Translations under genes and position numbers: made by a program
DNA from: Erythrobacter sp.
GTDB lineage: Bacteria > Pseudomonadota > Alphaproteobacteria > Sphingomonadales > Sphingomonadaceae
Direction: 5' to 3'
Assembly: GCA_963691825.1 (NCBI GenBank)
Contig: OY829379.1
Location: forward strand, 1,472,215 to 1,536,214
DNA length: 64,000 nucleotides
In this document: positions 30,344-39,171 of the stretch, one piece after another
Numbering within the stretch: the first letter of the stretch is position 1
Layout of the letters: each line of letters opens with the position of its first letter
The notes under the pieces: generated by a model
The model's database searches: none
Told to the model about the DNA's origin: nothing
The model's input: the letters and a program-made list of their open reading frames with translations, nothing else

Positions 30344-30369
30344 GTAACCACGCAGCGCGCGCGCACGAA
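30344..30369 (+). promoter_or_regulatory. SigmaF-type promoter driving MNIO-DUF2063
   Basis: GTAACC (30344-30349), 16 nt, CGAA (30366-30369). Confidence 0.85.
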
Positions 30370-30431
30370 TTATGAGATAGGTGCACACACACCTGTCCCG
30401 TGCGATCCATTTGTCTGCTAGTGGAGATGTT

Positions 30432-31301
30432 ATGACGACGCCGCGCGAACCGATCCCCCCTTTTGGAGGCTTTGGCCTTGGCCTGCGCCGCACCCATTAT
30501 GACGATTTTCTCAGCGGCCATGTGGCGGTCGATTTCGTTGAAGTGATCAGCGAAAATTACATGATCGAAGGTGGGCGACAGCTGCGCATTCTGGAACAGG
30601 TGCGGGCCAGCTTGCCGGTCATTGCGCATGGTGTTTCGATGTCGATCGGGTCGGCTGGCGGGCTTGATCGCGATCACCTTGCACGGCTCAAAATCCTCGA
30701 GCAACGGATCGATCCGCTGTTTGTGTCGGATCATTTGTGCTGGACCAGGACGAGCGCGCACAATTCGCACGATTTGTTGCCCATGCCTCTGACGCGCGAC
30801 GCGCTGGATGTGGTGTGCGACAATATTGACGAGGCGCAAAATGCTCTGGGGCGGGCCATGCTGTTCGAAAACCCGTCGAGCTATCTCACTTTCCCCGAAG
30901 ACGAGATGACCGAATGGGAATTCCTGAGCCAGATGGCACAGCGCAGTGGATGCTATCTGCTGCTCGATGTGAACAATATTTATGTGTCATCGCGCAATCA
31001 CGGTTTTTGCGCCGATGATTATCTTGCTGGCCTGCCGCTGGACCGGGTGCGCCAGATCCATCTAGCAGGCCATGATCCGGCCACGCCTGAACGCGATATT
31101 ATCATTGATACACATGACCGCGCGGTCGCCGATCCGGTGTGGGAATTGTACGCCAAGGCGATGGCCATGTTGCCGCAACCGGTCGCAACCATGATCGAAC
31201 GCGATGAGGATATCCCGGCAATTGGCGTGCTGCTCGATGAGTTGGACCATGCGCGCAATATCGCTGGCGGTGCGGGGCACAAGGCGCTCGAACCGGCATG
31301 A
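30432..31301 (+). CDS. MNIO / DUF692 multinuclear non-heme iron oxidase (BufB-like)
   Basis: [53 protein letters not shown] and IERD; SD GGAG before the ATG at 30432. Confidence 0.95.
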   Translation: MTTPREPIPPFGGFGLGLRRTHYDDFLSGHVAVDFVEVISENYMIEGGRQLRILEQVRASLPVIAHGVSMSIGSAGGLDRDHLARLKILEQRIDPLFVSDHLCWTRTSAHNSHDLLPMPLTRDALDVVCDNIDEAQNALGRAMLFENPSSYLTFPEDEMTEWEFLSQMAQRSGCYLLLDVNNIYVSSRNHGFCADDYLAGLPLDRVRQIHLAGHDPATPERDIIIDTHDRAVADPVWELYAKAMAMLPQPVATMIERDEDIPAIGVLLDELDHARNIAGGAGHKALEPA

Positions 31302-32137
31302 CCAAACGTTCTGAAGGCACCTCAGCCAAGCCGCCCCGCGCCGACCTTGCTCAGCGACAGCAGGCCTTCTTGCAAGCGATCCATGACGATCGGGCGCCGC
31401 TGCCCTCGGGATGGGGCAATCGCCAGGCTGCGGGCATGGCGGTCTATCGCGGCAATTACCGCTCTGCATTGATGGCGGCTCTGGCTGATCTTTATGAGCG
31501 CACCGCGCTTTATGTTGGCGAAGAGGCGTTTCGGCGGGCCTCTATGCACCACATAATCACCCAGCCTCCCTCGGGCTGGACGATTGATGAGGCGGGGGCA
31601 GGCTTTGACAAAACCTGCGCGCAATTGTTTGGCGACAATCCCGAAGTGAGCGAGCTGGCTTGGTTGGAATGGACCATGCGCGAATTGGCCAGTGCGCCCG
31701 ACACGCTCGCTATGGCCCCGGCCGATTTTGCCGAGGCCGGGGCGCATTTCGGCGATGAGGAATGGGCCAATCTGCGTCTTGCCTTGCAACCGCGCGCTGC
31801 CGCAAGGTTGGTTGGGCATGATTGCGAAAAGCTGTGGCGCGCGCTTGATACAGCCAGCTCGAACGCGCCCGATCGGTCGCACGCCCGGCTCGCCTCTCCC
31901 CAAAGCTGTCTCGTCTGGCGCGAGGGGGAGCGTCCCACTTTCGTGATGGTCGAGGCGGATCATGCGGCGGCTTTTCATGCGGTTGCGGGGGGCGCGAATT
32001 ACGCCGAAATGATCGGCGCCTTATTGGGCGATGATCCGGACCCCGCGCCGCAATTGGTCGAACACGCCGCGATGCGGGCTGGCGCGATTTTGGGCCGCTG
32101 GCTGCAAGAGGGGCTGATTGTGGGGCTTAACCCCTGA
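31298..32137 (+). CDS. DUF2063 / BufC-HvfC-like MNIO partner protein
   Basis: GMAVYRGNYRSALMAALADLY and ELAWLEW; ATGA overlap with the MNIO gene. Confidence 0.9.
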   Translation: MTKRSEGTSAKPPRADLAQRQQAFLQAIHDDRAPLPSGWGNRQAAGMAVYRGNYRSALMAALADLYERTALYVGEEAFRRASMHHIITQPPSGWTIDEAGAGFDKTCAQLFGDNPEVSELAWLEWTMRELASAPDTLAMAPADFAEAGAHFGDEEWANLRLALQPRAAARLVGHDCEKLWRALDTASSNAPDRSHARLASPQSCLVWREGERPTFVMVEADHAAAFHAVAGGANYAEMIGALLGDDPDPAPQLVEHAAMRAGAILGRWLQEGLIVGLNP

Positions 32138-32273
32138 ACACCTGTGGGCGATTACCGGTTGGCATGGTGCCTACAACCACCCCAAGCGGCAAAAAACCCG
32201 TATCGTTTCGTCTGAAACTCTATGCCTGCTTGACACATGGGCGTGCTCGTTCAGGGTCGGCGCAAAGGGAGAT

Positions 32274-33227
32274 ATGATTTTGACCAACACCGCAATCGAA
32301 CTGCGCAGCCCCAAGCCTAGCCTGATGCTGCGCGGGGTCAAATGGTTGATGAGCAAGCGCCAAGGCGTCTTTCCTAACGAGGCGGATGAATTCCGCGCCG
32401 CAATGGCCGGGCGCGAATTGCCTAAAGACGCGCCCATGCCCGCCGCCTTTGACGCCAGGTTTCAGGTGGAACGCTGGGAAGCGGAAGGCCAGCAGGTGAT
32501 CACCTTGCACCCCAAATCGGGGCCGGGTGAATGGCATATGCTGTATTTCCATGGCGGCGGCTTTGTCTTACCGATGTTCAAGGAACACTGGCCGCTGGCT
32601 CAGGCGATGGTCGAAACCTGCGGGGTCAGCTTGACTTTGCCAATGTATGATGTGGTGCCCGAAAGCGCGCACAGCGTGCAAGATGCGCTCGCAGATGCGG
32701 CCTTTGCCAAATTGTGCGAAAGCCATGATCCGGCCAAAATCATCCTCAACGGTGACAGCGCGGGCGGTCATATGGCGCTCTCGCTTGCGCTGCGTCTGGC
32801 GAAAGCGGCGAAGGATGGTGGCGGCAAGCAGCCGGGCAAGCTGGCTTTGTTTGCGCCGTGGCTTGATATGACCATGGCCGATCCCGCCGTCGCCGCGGTC
32901 GAACCGCATGACATCATGCTCAAAATGGGCACGTTGCGCGCATGCGGCGCGATGTTTGCCGGCGAGCGTGACCCCGCCAGCGCGCAATGCAGCCCGCTTT
33001 ACACCGATCCGGCTGATCTCGCTTTGTTGCCGCCGACGCGGATCTGGACCGGGCGGCATGATGTTTTCATCGTCGATTCGCGCACATTTGTGGGCAAGTT
33101 GCGCGATGCGGGGGTTGATGCGAAACTCTACGAATACGAAGCCGCGCCGCATGTCTATATGGCGATTGTGCCCACGCGCGAGGCCAAGGATACGATGGCT
33201 TTGCTGCGCGATTTTATCGCGGAGTAA
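32274..33227 (+). CDS. HSL-family (alpha/beta hydrolase_3) esterase/lipase
   Basis: YFHGGGF oxyanion motif, GDSAGG nucleophile, D and H (AAPHVY). Confidence 0.92.
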   Translation: MILTNTAIELRSPKPSLMLRGVKWLMSKRQGVFPNEADEFRAAMAGRELPKDAPMPAAFDARFQVERWEAEGQQVITLHPKSGPGEWHMLYFHGGGFVLPMFKEHWPLAQAMVETCGVSLTLPMYDVVPESAHSVQDALADAAFAKLCESHDPAKIILNGDSAGGHMALSLALRLAKAAKDGGGKQPGKLALFAPWLDMTMADPAVAAVEPHDIMLKMGTLRACGAMFAGERDPASAQCSPLYTDPADLALLPPTRIWTGRHDVFIVDSRTFVGKLRDAGVDAKLYEYEAAPHVYMAIVPTREAKDTMALLRDFIAE

Positions 33228-33283
33228 CCCGAGCCCCCACTGATCCCCGACCGAGCCCAACTCTAACCCGGACCTGCGCGGGG

Positions 33284-34246
33284 TCAGGCGCTGAAACGCT
33301 CGCCGGTCATGTCCTCGGACAAGGCCCACAGCGCATCGGCGATCTCGGGATCAATGGCATAGCCGCGCACGCCACCGGCCGTGCTGTCATCGTCGCGCGC
33401 GGCGACGTGGCAATCTTCGCAATAGAGCGCGCCTTGGCCCTCCAATGTTGCGCTGGTCGCGGCCCAGACCTGTGTCGCGGCGCCTTGCGGGATGGTTTTG
33501 AATGTCATCGCCCCGCCATTGGTTTTCATTCGCTCCATCAGCGCGGCGATATCATCCTGCGTCAAATGGCGGCCCAGATTGGTCTGGATGCCGCCCGGAT
33601 GCACGGCCAGCGCATGAATGCCATGCGCGCCAAAGCGTTTCTCCAGCCCCACCGAGAACAGCACATTGGCGGTTTTGGCCCGGCCATAGCTGACCCATGG
33701 ATCGTAATCGGTCGTCTCGAAATTGGGGTCATCCAGATTGGTCGGGGCCAGATGGTGGCCGCGGCTCGACAGATTGACGATGCGTTTATTGGCGCCCCGC
33801 ATGATCAGCGGCATCAGATGTTTGGTCAGCGCAAAATGGCCCAGATGGTTGGTGCCAAACTGCATCTCGAACCCGTCAGCGGTGTGCATTTTGGGGCAGG
33901 CCATAACCCCTGCATTGTTGATCAACAGATCGATCTGCTCGAACCGGCTGGCTGCTTCTTGCCCGCAGGCCTTGATGCTGGCGAGCGAGGCGAGGTCGCA
34001 GATGATCGTCTCCAGCTTGGCGTCTTTTTGCGCCTCTTTGATCGCGGCGATGGCGGCGTCCAACTTGCCCTGATCGCGCGCGGCCAGAATGACATGGGCC
34101 CCCTTGGCCGCCATGGCGCGCGCGGTTTCCAGCCCGAGGCCCGAATTGCCGCCGGTCACAAACACTTTTGTCCCGGTCAGATCATGGCCCTCCAAAACGT
34201 CATCCGTGGTCGAAGCGGCGCCGAAACTTTGCTCAGTGTTGGCCAT
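33284..34246 (-). CDS. SDR oxidoreductase (retinol dehydrogenase/WWOX-like)
   Basis: TGGNSGLG, NNAGVM, FGTNHLGHF and YGRAK catalytic motif. Confidence 0.92.
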   Translation of the reverse strand: MANTEQSFGAASTTDDVLEGHDLTGTKVFVTGGNSGLGLETARAMAAKGAHVILAARDQGKLDAAIAAIKEAQKDAKLETIICDLASLASIKACGQEAASRFEQIDLLINNAGVMACPKMHTADGFEMQFGTNHLGHFALTKHLMPLIMRGANKRIVNLSSRGHHLAPTNLDDPNFETTDYDPWVSYGRAKTANVLFSVGLEKRFGAHGIHALAVHPGGIQTNLGRHLTQDDIAALMERMKTNGGAMTFKTIPQGAATQVWAATSATLEGQGALYCEDCHVAARDDDSTAGGVRGYAIDPEIADALWALSEDMTGERFSA

Positions 34247-34319
34247 GTGTCTTGTCCCCTGTGGCTTTGTGCAAATCCGATATGGTGTGATGCGCGCAAG
34301 TGGGTTAGCCATGCAAGCT

Positions 34320-35459
34320 ATGACAAACATTTTTCGCAATCTCACCGCTGCGCTGGGCGCAGTTTTGCTCGCCGCTCCTTTTGCCGGGCCCGTGATGGCC
34401 GACGATCACGGCGACAGCCACGGCGATGATGCGGCCCCCAAATGGTCGATCGCGATCCATGGCGGGGCAGGGACGATCCGGCGCGATTTGATGACGGTCG
34501 AGCAAGAGGCGCAATATGAGGCGGCCTTGCAAGAAGCGCTTGATGCGGGCGCCAAAGTGCTGGCCGAGGGCGGGACCGCGATGGAAGCGGTGCAGGCCGC
34601 GATTATCCCGATGGAGGATAATCCGTTGTTCAATGCCGGGCGCGGCGCGGTGTTCACTTGGGAAGGCGAAAACGAGCTCGACGCCTCGATCATGGATGGC
34701 CGCGATCGCTCGGCTGGCGCGGTGACCGGCGTGACCACGGTTAAGAACCCGATCCTGCTCGCTGACCGCGTGCGCACCGATAGCCCGCATGTCTTCTTGA
34801 TGGGCGAGGGGGCTGAACAATTTGCCAGCGAGCAGGGGTTTGAGGTGACCGACCCCGAATGGTTCGCGACCCAGCGGCGGCGCGAGAGCCTTGAGCGGAT
34901 GAAAGCCGACGCACTCTCGGCGATGGATGTCGATTTGAAGTTTGGCACCGTGGGCGCGGTGGCTTTGGACCAACATGGCAATCTGGCCGCGGGCACGTCC
35001 ACCGGCGGCATGACCGGCAAGCGCTGGGGCCGGATTGGTGATGCGCCGGTGATTGGCGCGGGCACCTATGCCGACAATCGCTCTTGCGCGGTCTCAGCGA
35101 CGGGGTGGGGCGAATACTTCATCCGTGTGGGCGTGGCTCAGGAGATTTGCACACGGCTGCGCTTTGTTGAGTCAGAGGCATTTGCGACCATGATTGCTTC
35201 CGCTGACGCGAGCAAGCCAGTCGTCATTGACGACGCGTTGCGTGTAGAGCTCCAGCAGGGTGTGGCCGACGCAGTTATGGCCGAAGTCAAAGATCTCGGC
35301 GGCGATGGCGGCATCATCCTTGTTACCCCTGAAGGCCACGCGCTCTATTCGTTCAACACCGCCGGGATGTATCGCGGGCGTGCGAACAGCGATGGGGTCA
35401 ACGAAGTGGCGATCTTTGGCGGGGAAGAGGCTGGCACGGGCGAAACGCCTGACCACTAA
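34320..35459 (+). CDS. Isoaspartyl peptidase / L-asparaginase (Ntn hydrolase) with signal peptide
   Basis: IAIHGGAG, FNAGRG, G-TVGAV autoproteolysis site, GRIGD and SATGWGE. Confidence 0.92.
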   Translation: MTNIFRNLTAALGAVLLAAPFAGPVMADDHGDSHGDDAAPKWSIAIHGGAGTIRRDLMTVEQEAQYEAALQEALDAGAKVLAEGGTAMEAVQAAIIPMEDNPLFNAGRGAVFTWEGENELDASIMDGRDRSAGAVTGVTTVKNPILLADRVRTDSPHVFLMGEGAEQFASEQGFEVTDPEWFATQRRRESLERMKADALSAMDVDLKFGTVGAVALDQHGNLAAGTSTGGMTGKRWGRIGDAPVIGAGTYADNRSCAVSATGWGEYFIRVGVAQEICTRLRFVESEAFATMIASADASKPVVIDDALRVELQQGVADAVMAEVKDLGGDGGIILVTPEGHALYSFNTAGMYRGRANSDGVNEVAIFGGEEAGTGETPDH

Positions 35460-35466
35460 AGCGCCG

Positions 35467-36351
35467 CTAGAGACCCAGCCTACACCCGCGCGCCTCGAGG
35501 ATCGGTTTCATCTCCCAATAGGCCGCCGGTGTCAGATGCAGCGGAATATAGGGGTGCAGATGGTGCACAATGTGGAACTGCATCCCCATCGAGCCCAGAT
35601 TGCCAAGTTTCGATTTCCAACTGCGCGTGTTGCGATAGCGCCCCTGTTGCGCGCCGGGATGATGCGGCGCCCATGACAGGAAAAACACGATATAGGTGAT
35701 CGCAATTTGATAGGGCAGCCACCACAGGAACAACGCCTCCAGCGCATATCCATTCCAGGCGAGCGTCCCCAAGATCGCGATAAACCCGATCTTATAGGCC
35801 AGCGACAAAAGGATCACGTCGGGCCGTCCGGCGCGCATCAGGGCGGCGGAATAATCCTCATTACGCTTGGCGTTGGGCTGGCGCTGGACAATGGCGCACC
35901 AGATCGCCTGCCATGGGCCATCGGCCTTGGTGGTGATGTCGACATCCTTTTCGGGATCATTGGTGTGGCGATGGTGATCAAGATGCGTGATGCGCAGCGC
36001 CTGATACGGGGTGGTTAACATCCATGTGGTCGAATGGCCCACCAATTCGTTGAGCCAACGCAATTTGGTCCCCGGGCGCGCAATAATGTCATGCTGCGCT
36101 TCGTGAGTGGGCAGGTAGACCAGCGCCATATTGATGGTGGCAATCGGAAAGGCGACCCATAGCGGCAGGACATCCATAAAGACCAGCGGCCACAGGCTCA
36201 GCCACACCGCCATATTGGCAAAGGCCCAGACCACCGCGATCCATGGCACTTTGCCTGAATATTTGCGCGCAATCTGGTTCTCGAGCTTGCGCAGCTCGCC
36301 ATCGGACAGCTGCGAGAGATCGTCGGGCACTATGGGCGAAATGGCGTTCAC
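35467..36351 (-). CDS. Fatty acid desaturase / CrtR-like membrane di-iron hydroxylase
   Basis: His boxes HEAQH, HLDHH and HIVHH; GTG at 36351 with SD GGAGG, overlapping the upstream stop. Confidence 0.85.
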   Translation of the reverse strand: MNAISPIVPDDLSQLSDGELRKLENQIARKYSGKVPWIAVVWAFANMAVWLSLWPLVFMDVLPLWVAFPIATINMALVYLPTHEAQHDIIARPGTKLRWLNELVGHSTTWMLTTPYQALRITHLDHHRHTNDPEKDVDITTKADGPWQAIWCAIVQRQPNAKRNEDYSAALMRAGRPDVILLSLAYKIGFIAILGTLAWNGYALEALFLWWLPYQIAITYIVFFLSWAPHHPGAQQGRYRNTRSWKSKLGNLGSMGMQFHIVHHLHPYIPLHLTPAAYWEMKPILEARGCRLGL

Positions 36352-36542
36352 ACCCACCTCCCTGTGATTTGCGCAAAAATCCCCCATGACCCGCCAATAA
36401 TCAGCGCAAAAGCGAGCGTTGAAAGCCCCAGAGGGGCGGCCATGCCGAGCGCCTGCATCCCTTGATCGATAACCGGCACCAGAAAGGCGAAGGCAAAGAT
36501 CACAGGCAGGCTGGATGCGATAAAACGTAATGCGCGTTCCAT
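36348..36542 (-). CDS. Small 2-TM membrane protein (64 aa)
   Basis: Two hydrophobic helices; SD GGAGG; 1-nt gap to tetR and GTGA overlap with the desaturase. Confidence 0.75.
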   Translation of the reverse strand: MERALRFIASSLPVIFAFAFLVPVIDQGMQALGMAAPLGLSTLAFALIIGGSWGIFAQITGRWV

Positions 36543-36543
36543 A

Positions 36544-37230
36544 TCAGGCGGCCTCCTCCAATTGGTTTGGTGCGCCGGTCAGATGGCGAAGGCGGGTGAT
36601 CAATTCGGCGCGGAAATCCTCGGCCGCATCGCTCGCCAGCGTGGTGTAAAATCCCCATCTTTGGCGCCGGCGCATCTCGTCCAGATCAATCGCATGGGCG
36701 AGCCAATCATCGAGCGCTGCGCGGTAGGTGCCAAACATCTGCACCGCCAGATCGCGCGCGGCCAGCGTTCCGCGCAGCATGCCTTTGCGCTGGGCCGCGC
36801 GCACGGCAAAGGCGGCCATATCGACCGAACGCCGCGCGGCATGCGCGCCGGCATCCTCGCGGGTGGGGTGATATGAAAACGCAATGCCGAGCCGTTGCAG
36901 CGCGATAAAGGTCGCACGCGAATAGGCCTGATCATCGCGGATCTGGGCGAAGGCTTCGTCTATCACCGCATCGGCCATGTCGAGCGGATTGGCGCGCCGG
37001 TCAAATGCCAGCCGGTCCCACAATTCCTCGATCGAACTGATCGCCATCGCGCTGATGATGGCGGCCTTGTCGCCGACCAGATTGTAGAGCGTGGGAACGG
37101 TGACGCCTGCGGCCTGCGCCAGTCCTCTTGTTGTGAGGGCGTCATAGCCATCGCGCGCAATAATCGCGCGGGCGGCGGCGAGAATGCGGGCTTTGCGATC
37201 GGCAATCGATTGGGCGCGTTTGTTGGTCAT
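36544..37230 (-). CDS. TetR/AcrR-family transcriptional regulator
   Basis: RILAAARAIIARDGYDALTTRGLAQAAGVTVPTLYNLVGDK HTH; start ATG at 37230. Confidence 0.92.
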   Translation of the reverse strand: MTNKRAQSIADRKARILAAARAIIARDGYDALTTRGLAQAAGVTVPTLYNLVGDKAAIISAMAISSIEELWDRLAFDRRANPLDMADAVIDEAFAQIRDDQAYSRATFIALQRLGIAFSYHPTREDAGAHAARRSVDMAAFAVRAAQRKGMLRGTLAARDLAVQMFGTYRAALDDWLAHAIDLDEMRRRQRWGFYTTLASDAAEDFRAELITRLRHLTGAPNQLEEAA

Positions 37231-37257
37231 GGCGATCACGATATCGCCAAGAAGTCG

Positions 37258-37291
37258 TTTTATCAATGATTAAATTTTATCACTGATAAAA
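37258..37291. promoter_or_regulatory. Tandem 17-bp palindromic operators (TTTTATCA-N-TGATAAAA)
   Basis: 37275-37291 is a perfect palindrome; 37258-37274 has one mismatch; 28-61 nt upstream of the tetR start. Confidence 0.8.
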
Positions 37292-37312
37292 CTATCATTC
37301 GCAAGGCTGGGC

Positions 37313-38227
37313 CTAGCCCTGCATGCGGGCAAAATCGGCCAGCACCTCGCCCACCTGTTTCAGCGGGGCTTCGTGCGCGCGGTCAAAGGAACTGTCGGTT
37401 CCAGCCGGACGGTAATAGGCGGCAAAGACCAGCGGGCTGGTTTCGGGGGGTTCGACAAAGCCGATATCGATATAGGTTCCGCCGGTCTGCGGGGTGAGGC
37501 CGGTGCCGGTCTTGTCGCCGGCCAACCAGCCATCGGGCAGGCCAGCGCGCACCCGCCTGCGCCCAGTGCCCGTATCGACCATCCATTGTTTCAACATCGC
37601 GCGCTCTGCCTGTGGCAATGCGGTGCCATAGACCAATTGGGCAACCGTGCGCGCCATCGCAGCAGGCGTGGTGGTGTCGCGTATCTCACCGGGTGGGACC
37701 AGGTTTACACTTGGCTCGTTGCGATCCAGACGGCTCACCTCATCGCCGATGGAACGCCAAAACCGCGTTAAAGCCGAGGGTCCGCCGATCTCGCGCAGAA
37801 GGATGTTAGCGGCGGCGTTGTCGGATGTGATCTGAGTCGCGCGCGCCAGTTCACGCAAGCTGGCCCCTTTTGAGATCTCTTGCGTGGTAAAAGGGGAGAC
37901 AAACATAAGGTCGTCTTCACTCCACCGCACGTGTCGATCAGCATCGTCGATCCCGGCACTATCGCGCGCCAGCACCATCGCGGCGAGCGACAGTTTGAAG
38001 GATGAGGCGTGGCCGAACCTTTCATCGCGGTTGTGTCCAACCGCCGCGCCGCTGCCGAGGTCGAGGATCTCGGCCCCCAAAGTGCCGCCAAAGCGGGCTT
38101 CGATGCCTCTGAGGCGCGCCTGCACGTCCTCCACCCGGCTGCGTGCCGCGGCGCTGAAGCCGCCCAGACCAAGTGCGAGGCCCGATGCACCGGCCGCTTT
38201 GATGAAAGTGCGCCGCCTTATGCTCAT
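37313..38227 (-). CDS. Class A beta-lactamase with Tat signal
   Basis: RRRTFIK twin-Arg signal; SxxK (ASSFK), SDN, omega-loop Glu (RNEP) and KTG. Confidence 0.9.
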   Translation of the reverse strand: MSIRRRTFIKAAGASGLALGLGGFSAAARSRVEDVQARLRGIEARFGGTLGAEILDLGSGAAVGHNRDERFGHASSFKLSLAAMVLARDSAGIDDADRHVRWSEDDLMFVSPFTTQEISKGASLRELARATQITSDNAAANILLREIGGPSALTRFWRSIGDEVSRLDRNEPSVNLVPPGEIRDTTTPAAMARTVAQLVYGTALPQAERAMLKQWMVDTGTGRRRVRAGLPDGWLAGDKTGTGLTPQTGGTYIDIGFVEPPETSPLVFAAYYRPAGTDSSFDRAHEAPLKQVGEVLADFARMQG

Positions 38228-39171
38228 GAATATTTGTCCGCCTTGCGTTTGCCAAACCGCATGTCGCCTTCCAGCTTGGCGCGCAATTGGCCGTAAAACG
38301 CCTCGAGGAAGGCGCGTTCATCGCCTGCGCCCGGATCCCATCCGATCTTGTTGCAGATCGTCGCGTGCACCGCAGCCAGCGCTTCGGGCTGAGCCTCGCG
38401 CAGCATCCGTTCGAGCGTTTGCAATTCATGCTCGCCGTAAACCGACAGCTCTTCCTCGCCGAAAGTGTAGCGTGTGCCGGTCAGCGCGCTTTCGCCCTCA
38501 TTAGCGGCCGCGCCTTGGGTCGACATCACCTCGGCCAGCTTGGTACGCGGCGCTTCCACCACCCATGTTCCCGCGATCACATCGCCGGCGCGCAATGCGT
38601 CCTTGTTGAAGAATGGGAAGGCCATGAAGATGCAGAACCAGATCATCCCGGCCAAGCCGAAACTGCCAGAGGCGCCAGTGGGGGCGACGAGCAGAAAAAT
38701 CAGTGGCATGAACAGTTCGATATCGCGCAGCAGATTGCGCGCTATGATCGCTTCGGGAGTGAGCCGCCCGCCATTGCGCGCCGCGACCCGGATCCCGACC
38801 ATACGTTTGCCCCAAGTGGCCCCGCGCGGCCCCAGCTCAAAACCGAGGAAATAGCCATAGCGGGCAAGGAATAACAGCAATACGATCAGGATGATCAAAA
38901 ATTCCGCCGCGCCCGATATATTGTTGTCGGCCGCATCAGCGATTTCCTGCAACAGACCGGCGCCGACCAATGCCAGAACAATTTGAATCGCGAACAGCGA
39001 AAATATGATGATCAGGAAATCAAGGATCAGCGCCCCCAGCCGGCTGCCGCGTGAGGCGATTGTGACCGGAACGGCAATCCCCTCCGGTGTGATCAAGGTG
39101 CGTTTGCGTTTTTCCAATTGCGCCGCAATGGCGCGCGAGCCTGTGGCTTGAAGGTTGGCGGGTGCGCTCAT
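38224..39171 (-). CDS. RDD-family membrane protein
   Basis: ITPEG...ASRGSRLGALILD, GATWGKRMVGIRV, RNLLRDIE and RAGDVIAGTWVV. Confidence 0.9.
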   Translation of the reverse strand: MSAPANLQATGSRAIAAQLEKRKRTLITPEGIAVPVTIASRGSRLGALILDFLIIIFSLFAIQIVLALVGAGLLQEIADAADNNISGAAEFLIILIVLLLFLARYGYFLGFELGPRGATWGKRMVGIRVAARNGGRLTPEAIIARNLLRDIELFMPLIFLLVAPTGASGSFGLAGMIWFCIFMAFPFFNKDALRAGDVIAGTWVVEAPRTKLAEVMSTQGAAANEGESALTGTRYTFGEEELSVYGEHELQTLERMLREAQPEALAAVHATICNKIGWDPGAGDERAFLEAFYGQLRAKLEGDMRFGKRKADKYS

